NCBI RefSeq assembly: GCF_006345805.1
Contig: NC_042998.1
Span: 136,896,001 to 136,960,000, forward strand
DNA length: 64,000 nt
Direction of reading: 5' to 3'
DNA from: Octopus sinensis
Lineage: Eukaryota
Under the pieces are notes generated by a model that searched no databases, had not been told where the DNA came from, and saw only the letters and a list, made by a program, of their open reading frames with translations. Each line of letters begins with the position of its first letter. Position 1 is the first letter of the stretch. Shown one piece after another: positions 42,298 to 52,159 of this stretch. The position numbers were made by a program, and so were the translations under genes.

Positions 42298-42525
42298 ATG
42301 ATTAGAGTAGGTTTGATCCTGTGTTGTATCTTCATTGTTGGAGTGTTTGAAGCCAGTTCTGCTGATGACATACTTACAGCACATAATTTGATTAAAAGAT
42401 CTGAAGTTAAACCTCCTTCATCCTCAGAATTCATAGGCTTAATGGGACGTTCTGAAGAGTTGACACGACGATTAATTCAACATCCTGGTTCTATGTCTGA
42501 AACAAGAGAGGTCCACCGAAAAAAG
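42298..42525 (+). CDS. Second tachykinin precursor copy (OctTK-II-like prepro region, encodes KPPSSSEFIGLM-amide), exon 1, with a 4-nt deletion after the mature peptide
   Basis: MIRVGLILCCIFIVGVFEASSADDILTAHNLIKRSEVKPPSSSEFIGLMGRSEELTRRLIQHPGSMSETREVHRKK. Near-identical to the minus-strand copy, but ACAAGTAAGAGAGG has become ACAAGAGAGG. GT donor at 42526. Mature peptide codons 42409-42444. Confidence 0.93.
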
Positions 42526-42689
42526 GTAAAATTTTAAATTACTATTATTAGTTTTACTGTTTACAATTAATTTCTTTGATACAGGCGCAGGAGTGTCTTG
42601 CTTACCAACCACATGGTTCAATGTTCATTCCCACTGCGTGGCACCTTGGGCAAAGTGTATTCTACTATAACCTCGGGCTATATATATAT

Positions 42690-44448
42690 ATATATATCTC
42701 GTTATATTTCGGAATGGTCATTTTGCCAGTTTAGCCAATAAAATCACACGCACTATATATTTAGTGTTACTTTGCTTCAGTGTTATTTATTTTTTACATT
42801 AATCTTCATCTTATTTCGGCCAGAGTTCTTTCGTCACACTCCTGTGACCGCATCAGTGGTCCTTTGTTTTCTTCTTTCTTATTTGTGTCTCTCCTTACTA
42901 ACCGTCAGCCATTTTGTATTTCTATTGTATTTCTTCATTTGCGCATGCTTATATCTCTATGTGCGTCTATGTTTATTTAGTGTGTGTGGGGGGGATGCTT
43001 GTAATATTTGTATCTTCTGTTTATATACGTTCATGTAATTTGTTTTTGTTGTTGTTTTTGTTTATTCTTATTTTGTTCATGTGTTTACATCCCTTTATTA
43101 TTATCATTACATATGCTTGTATGTATGCATGTATGTATAACAACAATGCTAGTAATAATAATAATAAATCAAAAAAATATATATAGTTATTTATTTCTAT
43201 TTGTTTATTTATCGGTGTATTTATTATGTTTTCGGGATCCTGTACCGTCATATGTTGTGGTGTGTACTATTGTTCCATTCTAGTTTTCTATTCAGGCTAG
43301 GTTTTTTTTCTATCATGTGTGTAGCTTCTGTAATTTGTCTGATTGTTGCATCTGTTCTATGTGTGGACAATATTTTAATTTTTATGTTGTTGATTGATCC
43401 CCCGCGTTCCTGTTCGGCGTGTTGGTACAGAATCGATGAACTTTTACCTTCCTTGAGTAGTCTCCAATGTACATTTACCCGCTCTCCTATGCTTCTTGCC
43501 GTTTCCCCTACGTATGTCGTTGTCTTGTTACTGCATCGTCCCTCTATACATCTTATACTATAGACTACATTTCTGGCTTTACAGTTTGTTTGTGGGCTAA
43601 ATCTACATACAGTACAGTACTTATCAGTATAGGGGGTTCTACTAAAAGGATAGGTTCTACCAATTATAGATTTGATAGGGTTGCCTGGCTTTTCAACAAC
43701 CTTAATCCTTAGCTTAAGTTTGTCTAGGGTCCTTTTAAAGCGGTACGCCAGTTCACCTCCAGAGGTGGTGTCAACGAACATGACACTCTGGTATTTATGG
43801 CTATCATACCAAGAGTTGGCCTTCCCTATTTTCTTTTTTGTCCTTTCTATAGTGTTCCATGACTTGTTCCTATAGAGTGGGCAAATCCCATTCCTATCAT
43901 TACATAATATATTATCAAATTTCTTCATGGCTCCTTTGTATACTCTGATCCTTTCTTTATGGCTGTAACCTGAGAACTGCATGCGGTGAATTGTATGTGT
44001 CTCTTTAACTCTGTAGGCTCGCACATGCGTGACACATTTCTCATTATTCTGACGAGGTCTGCCATCAAAATATTGAATTAGGCCTTGTCCGCAATGGCTG
44101 AGTTCCGATGGATCAAGTATTATGAGGCCATAGGTTTGGCATAGTATGAATGAAAGATTTGGGTTTTATTATTCACAATTTCTAGCCAGATTTCAGTGTC
44201 TAGTACTGGTAGTCTATGGTTGGGGTGTTTAGTGGGTTAGTCTATTGTGACCTTAATACTCTGGTGGATGGAGTTAGCTATTTGCTGGATGCTCTCCATA
44301 GTATTAGTTTCTATTACTATATCAACAGTTCTCTCTTGTGTGGGTGCCTTTACCACTATGTTGATATCATCAGCATAGCGAGAGTACACGTTTACGAGTA
44401 TGAAGTTCTGTGTTAGGCGTTCTTTAAGCCTTCTATCACCAGCGATAC
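42690..44448 (-). mobile_element. Penelope-like retroelement remnant in the intron of the plus-strand tachykinin
   Basis: ORF 43248-44024 with GIY-YIG-type motif NVVYSIRC...TYVGETARSIGERVNVH; RT motif YSRYADD. Confidence 0.85.
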
Positions 44449-44774
44449 CAAATATATAAACGTATATATATCTAGCCATATAAGCATCTAGCCATCGTGC
44501 TAACGTTTTTGCCAGCTCACCGCCTTCGACAGACGAAATACCTATTTCTTTACTACCCACAAGGGGCCAAACATAGAGAAGACAATCAAGGACAGATAAA
44601 CGGATTAAATCAATTACATCGACCCCAGTGCGTAACTGGTACTTATTTAATCGACCCCGAAAGGATGAAAGGCAAAGTCGACCTCGGCGGAATTTGAACT
44701 CAGAACGTACGACAGACGAAATACTGCATAGCATTTCGCCCTGCATGCTAACGTTTCTGCCATGCATGCACGCG

Positions 44775-44943
44775 TCTGGGATCAGCAGATGTATCAACAA
44801 TATATGCAATATAAGCTGGTTTGACATTGCTTACTGATGCACGATGGTGTAGCAAAGGATTAATAAAACAGCAGTCAAACACACGTTCGACTTGGGAATG
44901 TTGCAGACGAATGACAGAATCAATGATATAAAATGATATAAAA
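44775..44943 (+). promoter_or_regulatory. Proximal promoter of precursor B (homology to gene A stops abruptly at about 44775)
   Basis: CAGCAGATGTATCAACAATATATGCAATATAAGCTGG...GCTTACTGA...TAGCAAAGGATTAATAAAA...GAATCAATGATATAAAA matches the reverse complement of 19964-20125. Confidence 0.7.
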
Positions 44944-44993
44944 GTGAGATGAAACAGACAACAACAAGTCATTTCTCCATCGAAATGTTTAAC

Positions 44994-45485
44994 ATGAGCA
45001 GAATTGTTTGTTTGATTTATGCAGTCCTCCTGGTTATATTTCTGGAAAGTGGTGGTGATGCGTTCTCTCTAGAAAAACGAAATGACATTGTTGGGAGTGA
45101 TAACGATACTCCGTATGCCGGTGTTGGGAGTGATAACGATACTCCGTATGACGGTGTTGTGAGTTATAACGATACTCCGTATGCCGGTGTTGGGAGTTAT
45201 AACGATACTCCGTATGCCGGTGTTGGGAGTTATAACGATACTCCGTATGCTGGTGTTGAGAGTTATAACGATACTCCGTATGACGGTGTTGTGAGTGATA
45301 ACGATACTCCGCATGCTGGTGTTGTGGATAATATTCAGGATAACGCAGCAGATGATAATTCACTAAACAAATGTATCCAACATAGAATGAGACCTTGCAA
45401 GAAAGGACGTGGTTGTCGAAAAGCAAAGAAATGTGGAAAACGAAAGGAAAATGATAAAAAGCGTTTGAGGGAAAAGAGTTCATGA
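44994..45485 (+). CDS. Unrecognised secreted peptide precursor B (DAFSLEKR family) with 7 acidic 11-aa repeats and a basic 4-Cys C-terminal domain
   Basis: MSRIVCLIYAVLLVIFLESGG-DAFSLE-KR-NDI-(V[G/V/E]S[D/Y]NDTP[Y/H][A/D]G)x7-VVDNIQDNAADDNSLNK-CIQHRMRPCKKGRGCRKAKKC-G-KR-KENDKKRLREKSS. TATAAAA at 44927 and 44937; 3'-UTR intron donor at 45508. An upstream in-frame ATG at 44985 is also possible. Confidence 0.82.
   Translation: MSRIVCLIYAVLLVIFLESGGDAFSLEKRNDIVGSDNDTPYAGVGSDNDTPYDGVVSYNDTPYAGVGSYNDTPYAGVGSYNDTPYAGVESYNDTPYDGVVSDNDTPHAGVVDNIQDNAADDNSLNKCIQHRMRPCKKGRGCRKAKKCGKRKENDKKRLREKSS
45090..45320 (+). repeat. Coding minisatellite, 7 x 33 bp
   Basis: Unit GTTGGGAGT(G/T)ATAACGATACTCCGTATG(C/A)CGGT repeated seven times in frame. 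Confidence 0.95.
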
Positions 45486-46049
45486 GCGTTCTGAAAATCT
45501 TTACCAGGTAACGTATCCAATGAAACGTATTATGACTTTATGTTTTAATTTGAAGATTAGATTCAAAGCTGATATAAATAAGTACACAGAGATTCTTGAA
45601 TTGTCTTTCTAATAATTTGTTATTTGTATTTTACATAAAGGCAGACTACTGTAGAATGTTTTCATCGATTTCTGAATTAAATATACCATTCAACAAATTC
45701 AGAAAGTAATAACCCAAGAGTGTTTTGTTAAGAAGTAGCTATGCATTTTTAATTTGGTTCTTCAGTTATAGAGATCACTTTGGAAAACCTATTAGGAACC
45801 AATATTACTGTAAGTAAATATTCTTCCAAGAAATTAGAACCTCATACACTTTCTTCGAAACGCAGATTTTATAACAGCATTTTTGCTATTTTAAATTTAT
45901 CTTAGATTTTCTGAGAAATGCTGTTTTAGAATCAAAGATATATTTGTTAATCCTTATGAGTCTGCCGATGAACGCTGAACAATTCCTTCTCATTACATCG
46001 GCAACGATGTATGTCATGTGAAGAGCGTTTCTTATGGAAAGATATCTTC

Positions 46050-46700
46050 GCCTGTCTTGTAATGATATATTTACTCTAAAAAAAAACTACATTTCAAAAG
46101 CGTTTCATGTAGGTGTTTCTTCAGATGTAAAATCCGCAATTCTGAGACGTAATTTGCAATTAGGGGAATAAGGTCGTTGTACAGTCGAGCACTGAGTCGC
46201 TGGTGGGTATCCTGTAGGTTTTAGATCCCGTTTCATAACTTCCCAATCATTTAAGGCGATGGTTACAATCCGTCCTTTTAGATCTGCTTATCCATTTGGT
46301 ATTATACTGTCGAGAAACCTAAACTGGTCTACTTTAGAAGCCGCCAGTGGGACAATGTCATTGCTCCATGACAGGATCTGGCACTTCAAGGCGTTTGTAT
46401 CTGTGCCTCATGTTTAACGGCTTCGTGGATATACTGAATTTGTCATAGCAACAACAGTGGATACATGGGTCGTGTCATCCAGATACCTAATACTTTTGGA
46501 GAGTGCATGAGTGAATAAGAAACTTTTTCATGTGACTTTTCGTTCTCTCGGAGTACAAACATTATTATCGAATATCGCTTCTTTTATTTGCACTTGATTG
46601 GGATCCACGGTTATTACTTACATCATCTTCTATAGCGCTTTTCTTTAGATGTTGTCGAATGCAGCATTAAAAACTATGAATTTAAAATACAATGACACCA
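46050..46700 (-). mobile_element. Degenerate RT-bearing retroelement fragment (Penelope-like)
   Basis: Minus strand KSIRYLDDT motif near 46480; otherwise heavily decayed. Confidence 0.4.
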
Positions 46701-47071
46701 CAAATTCTATTGCTTTCAAAATTTTTTTCCCGACTATACAACTATGTCTCCACCGAAACTAAAATATGATTAAATCTCTCTCACCCTTTCCCATCACGGC
46801 GCTTCTTTTGGTTTTGCTTTTCATTCTGTCACCAGGTTTCCCGTTATTGACGAGAAAGAAATTAGCTTGTTTCGAACTTTTGCTTGTCGCCCCTATTATA
46901 TATCGGTGTTACCAACATAGGGATCTAATGTTTCGGCGTCCTTTCTGTCCCTCATATCATTTTAAACATTAACCACTATCTCTCTTCCTTCTTTTATTAC
47001 TCCGGTTTATTATATAAAGAGTTCGGCGCCGGGCTGTGCTATACACTACTATTGTGAATACGTTCACACAA

Positions 47072-47106
<35 letters not shown>

Positions 47107-47271
47107 TACTCACTCACACAAATACACATACACACAAATACACATACACAAGTACACACAAATACACACATACACACATAAACACAAACAGGTCTAAAGA
47201 AAGTTGGGACGGTTGTGAGGGAGAGGAAAACATACAAAATCTTATTGCTTTTGTTTTTTTTTCTTTTTCAG

Positions 47272-47324
47272 GCGATTTTAATCCCAATGAACTGAAACCT
47301 GAATCTAACATTTGTTAAAATAAA
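47272..47324 (+). other. Terminal exon (acceptor 47270-47271): 3'-UTR exon of the 44994 gene and probable co-opted last exon of the plus-strand tachykinin
   Basis: Long polypyrimidine tract TTTTTTTTTCTTTTTCAG|GC GAT TTT AAT CCC...TGT TAA, then AATAAA 47319-47324. In phase 1 it reads GDFNPNELKPESNIC-stop, which I recall as the OctTK-II C-terminus. With the 4-nt deletion the spliced tail is AILIPMN-stop (47293-47295). Homologous to the exon at 14764 (minus). Confidence 0.75.
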
Positions 47325-48226
47325 ATATGAAAGCATATCAAATTTGTTTGTATTTATTTATATGATCGACATTGTTTCTGCCAACATTGTATTTTTATGG
47401 AGAAGTGTAATAACTGTAGCCAAATACCGAACTCCTGTTCAGATTATTATAAGAACGTTTTTCCTTATTACTACTTATTTTCAGGATATAAGTATAAACG
47501 TCATAGAACATCCTTTTATATTCTGTGAGCACAAAACAATATTTAAGTTTAATAATTTCTCAGAGAATGTAGTAATCACAGTTTACTCTGTGTTTTCAAA
47601 AATTATTGAACTAAGAATTCTACTTGGAGGTTTTAGGGTGTAAGAACAAACTGAAAGTGAGATATATATGGACCAAGTTCATTTAAATGATTGGGGATAG
47701 GTCGACTGAGTAAATTTTAATGTAAATTAGGACATTTTATACATTATAAAAATGCAAAATTATTATAAGTATTTATAAAGCCAAGAAGCTAACTTAGGTA
47801 ATTAAATGCGACATTGCTTTCATTGTGCAAAAGATTATTATGAAGATAGCTGTTAAAAATGTAATCCATTGATTTTGCCGCGAGGAAAATGAAATACCTA
47901 ACTTTATTTGGACAGTACCCTTCATCGGAAATGATGTTTCGATAGTACCGAATGAATAGATTGGGCACGCAAGAACATTAAGAAAACAACACTCTTCGGG
48001 GATAAGTACTGCCTTATTTATTCTGTGTCTGCTTTTCATCACCCCTGGCATAATCGAGCGCTCGTGATCTCTAGTCCAACTGTTTGATATACTTTAAGGA
48101 ACAGAAGTCGAAAATAAAGCATCCAGTTTAGTAGAAAGAATAAAAATGACTTGTCAGCACATAATTTGATGAACAGATCTTAAAATAGAAATATAACCGC
48201 TTATCACGAATAATGAGGACAACCAT

Positions 48227-48260
<34 letters not shown>

Positions 48261-48339
48261 TGTATGTATGTATGTATGTATGTATGTATGTATGTATGTA
48301 TGTATATGTATATGTATATAATATACCCTAACGATACAA

Positions 48340-48720
48340 ACGGGACCAGACCACAGGCTAAAATCTACATGTCTATCCTTCTAACTTCTCTTATAAGCAA
48401 AGTCTTTAGACGAATTGTCAGACAACTTTCTTAGAAGAAAATGAAATACCTTTGACTTACTGAACTTCCAGGGGTTTTGATGCAAGTTATTCGATCATTC
48501 AAATGTCGATGTAGTATATCTTGACTTCGCAAGGGCCTTTGACAAGGTGGATCATGACACGAGACACTGGCATAAACGGTAAACTGGGAGTGTGGCTGAA
48601 TCACTTCCTGAAAGACAGAAGTCAGGCAGTTGTAGATAATGTTGCTCTCTCGAAAGACACACATTCTCAGTGGCAATTTCTCACGGTTCTGTTTGTAGAC
48701 TACTGCTGTTTATAACAGGC
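48340..48720 (+). mobile_element. CR1-clade RT fragment
   Basis: LTSLISKVF, GACTTCGCAAGGGCCTTTGACAAGGTGGATCAT (DFARAFDKVDH), GINGKLGVWLNHFLKDRSQAV. Confidence 0.75.
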
Positions 48721-49675
48721 CTTTTAAATATATATATATATACAAAATTACAAAATACAAAGTTATATCTTGAGATCGTTTGTGACAACAACACTCAAAA
48801 TATATAATATCTAAGACTGAAATTGTAGTGCTCAAATGAGCTGTATACACTTATTAATCCGAGGGGAGGCAATGTGAGCAGCAACTAAAGGAACATTACA
48901 AAATCCACAGAAAGATCAAACACATACATATATTCATATATTCATTTATATCTACAGAACAGATTTAAAGTCCGACGTTTAAAAATATAGTAATATATAA
49001 ACATCATATAAAAATATGTAAAAATATATAAGAATCAGTGTTGCATATTTAGCACATTGAATTTGCTCTTAAAATCATAAAACATTCGGTAAAAATTTGT
49101 TAAATTAAAAATTTGGGGTAATACAACATACAATGCCATATTAAAATGATGTATTAAAATTCCAGAGAAAATACAGAAAAGATAAATATACAAAATTACA
49201 AAAATCCCTAAATACAAAAATGTTCATCTACGGGCCGTTTCGGAGACGCGCCAATTAATATGAAACATATATTTGAAATTGACACTCCTCTCGTCAGGAT
49301 GGTTTGAGATTACAGCTGGACCTAAATGTATTGGGTCGGTGCATAATTACTGCGGCTTTTTTAAAACAACTTTTATTCAACAAAAACAATAACAACATTT
49401 AACAAAACATCTTATTATTATTCCGGAGCATATTCACCATCTATTTCAATTAATGCTTGCCATTTGCTTGGCAGATAGTCAGACCGTCATTTAATGTTTT
49501 TGTTAAATATTGATATTGTATTTGGTGAATAAAATTTGTAGAAAACAAGCCGCAATAATTATGCACCAACCCAATAATATACAACTGGGCTGAAGAAAAC
49601 CAAAGTCTCGGTATGAAGTACAGATGCGGGCAGCACTGCCAAATACCAAACGAAAACTCAGCCAAATAAGGTAGC

Positions 49676-49717
<42 letters not shown>

Positions 49718-51010
49718 TAAATTACAAAATTGCTAGTGACAACAACACTCAAAATATATAACACACTGGAATTGTAGTGCTCAAATGAGCTGTATACTCT
49801 TATTAATCCGAGAGGAGGCAATGTGAGCAGCAGCTAAAGGAACATTACAAAATCCACGGAAAGATCAAACACATACATATATTTATATATTCATTTACAT
49901 CTACAGAACAGATATAAAGTCCGACGCTTAAACATATAATAACATTGCCTCCCGAGCACTACAATTCCAGTTTGTTACATATTTTGAGTGTTGTTGTCAC
50001 TAGCGATCTATATATTTGACTCTTTGGAGCGCTACAATACAGATTGGATTTAATGGAGAAGTAATACTTGGGCGTTTCTACCAGGAATATTCCTATTCCA
50101 TCGAGGAACTTATACATGGAATCTCTCCTGAATAAGACCAGTGAAATTATATCTAGACTTATGTGGCGTGCTTTTTATTTTGATAAGTCCAGAAACTTGA
50201 AGTGGAAGGATGAAACCATGAAGACCAGCACTTCTAACCAAACTGAAGATTCGGAATTCTACAAGTCATATAAAAATGCACCACCAAATCCCGACCTTGC
50301 TAAATTTGAAAAGGACATAATATATATGATTACGAACTTTAAATACTGCAAATATACGAATGCTTTCCAAAATCAATTACAACATACAATAGCTAAACTG
50401 AAGGACGATCCCAATCTACACATTCTTTCTGATAAAACAGGGAATATTTACTCAGTGCCTTATGAAACTTATGATAAATTGATATCCAAAGAGCTGCACG
50501 CTAAATACAAAATCGCCAAGAAATCAGCTCTTACCGACATTAATAATAGACATTATGACTTAATTTCAAAATTAGGAATTCGTGACCCCGCATTGCACCC
50601 TAAAGGACCATAAACAAGATTTTCTTGCCAAACCGTCAATACGATTAATTTGCCCAACCAAATCTGACTTGGGTAGGATCAGCAAATCCATATTGGATAG
50701 AATCATTCCGGTGATAAGATAAAGGACGATGTTACCCTTATGGAAATGTTCCAATGATGTTTTATATTGGTTTCACACAATTAAATGTGATGACTCATCT
50801 TCATTTGTACAATTTGATGTTTCCAATTACTACTCCTCAATCTCCCACATCTTACTGAATAAAGCAATCATTTTCGCCAGAAATTTTGTTGAAATATCGA
50901 ATCTAGATGTTGATATTATTCAAGCAGCAAGAATGACCCTGATAAATTATGGAAAGCATCACTGGTCAAAATCAGATTCTTTTAACTTATTCGACATTAC
51001 CATGGGATCT
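48690..51010 (+). mobile_element. Penelope-like retroelement (different subfamily) with tandem/inverted terminal repeats, cut by the gap
   Basis: RT remnants SDKTGNIY, SFVQFDVSNYYSSIS, FDITMGS; direct repeats about 48780-48990 and 49735-49935, followed by an inverted partial copy 49940-50005. Confidence 0.8.
49329..49576. mobile_element. Mariner-derived MITE
   Basis: TATTGGGTCGGTGCATAATTACTGCGGC ... GCCGCAATAATTATGCACCAACCCAATA. Confidence 0.85.
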
Positions 51011-51110
51011 NNNNNNNNNNNNNNNNNNNNNNNNNNNNNNNNNNNNNNNNNNNNNNNNNNNNNNNNNNNNNNNNNNNNNNNNNNNNNNNNNNNNNNNNNN
51101 NNNNNNNNNN
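51011..51110. other. Assembly gap (100 N, true size unknown)
   Basis: Run of 100 N. Confidence 1.
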
Positions 51111-51290
51111 CCAAATTATGTATACGACCAAATCTAATTTAATATATTATTTCGTTCATAGGATGTCATATTTAGATCATAGTGTGTGTTAGATTATATT
51201 GCTATCCTTCGCTGTATCTGTCTATATTAGGAGAAGCCAGTCAAAGAATTTATGATCAATATTTCTCATTCTTAAAAGATATTTAGAAAC
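51111..51290 (-). promoter_or_regulatory. Orphan distal-promoter segment of a DAFSLEKR-family gene, abutting the assembly gap
   Basis: AGTGTGTGTTAGATTATATTGCTATCCTTCGCTGTATCT...AAGCCAGTC matches 20206-20270; homology continues to the gap edge (51111 corresponds to about 20121). Confidence 0.7.
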
Positions 51291-52159
51291 ATATTACACC
51301 CCCACAAAATCATTGCGCGTGTTCTGATGGTTGTGCTCTTTGGCTCATGATCACAATGTGGCGAGCTCGATTTCTGGATAGGACAGACAGTGTTTCCTGG
51401 AGGAAATTACTTCATTTCCCATTGTTCTAGTTTGCTGTACTGACTATCATTTAGGTGCTGGTGCAGCCGTCTTCTCTTCCATCTGTCACACAACTGATGC
51501 AAGACCGAGGGCTTATCTAGGCATGTTTTCAACTATATAATACCTGTAATAATTCGCAAAACCAGAGCATATGCTATTAAGCCTATTCCCATTTGCGAAT
51601 GACGACTAGCTATGCCAGAAATCGCGACGGTAGCTAAATATTTGATAGGGGGAAAACTTTACCTATCATATAGCCAATAGATACTATTAAAAATACGACC
51701 ATTTCAATTGCAGCGATGTCATCATAACCAAAATCAACTATTTAATAAAATGGTACGACAACTAAATATCATATTTTATATCTATATTACATTTATTTTC
51801 TTCTAATTCATTTAAAGTCATTTTACCTTTGGTCTAATTTGAGTGAAATGTAGGGCTTTGGATATGAAATGTTTATACACGTTAATACATCTCCAATACA
51901 AGGTAATAAATATAAAATAAACAAGTAAACTTCCGAGTACGTGGCTTCATGTTGATTCTTAGTTGTAATCATTTTACTTTATTTACTAAGGAGAAGGAAA
52001 GAATTTCAGGTAATTTGTACTAGGTATTAGGTTGGATTATTCATTATATATTCTTGATGCAATTTACCAACAAAGTTCAATCCTGTGTGTTATTGTAATA
52101 TAATTATATTTAACCTTAATTAATGGTACACAGAAACGACTTCTAAGTTAATAACGCTA

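Larger units (their letters stand above)
40188..44471 (+). repeat. Left arm of an inverted segmental duplication (partner 59079-64000)
   Basis: Continuous reverse-complement identity over Tc1 remnant, upstream region, tachykinin exon 1 and Penelope insertion. Confidence 0.95.

Noticed and set aside
44949-44993. Upstream starts MKQTT... (44949) and MKQTI... (19958)
   Set aside because: They lie only 6-12 nt from the TATA box, upstream of the expected TSS, and 19958 is a TTG. Alignment favours the Met at 44994 and 19928.
45090-45320. CRISPR-like array
   Set aside because: Contiguous 33-bp tandem units with no unique spacers, in frame within a eukaryotic ORF.
45470-45507. Alternative-frame EFMSVL resembling a tachykinin core at the end of gene B
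   Set aside because: The frame is closed by TAA at 45455-45457, and there is no Met-Gly amidation signal.
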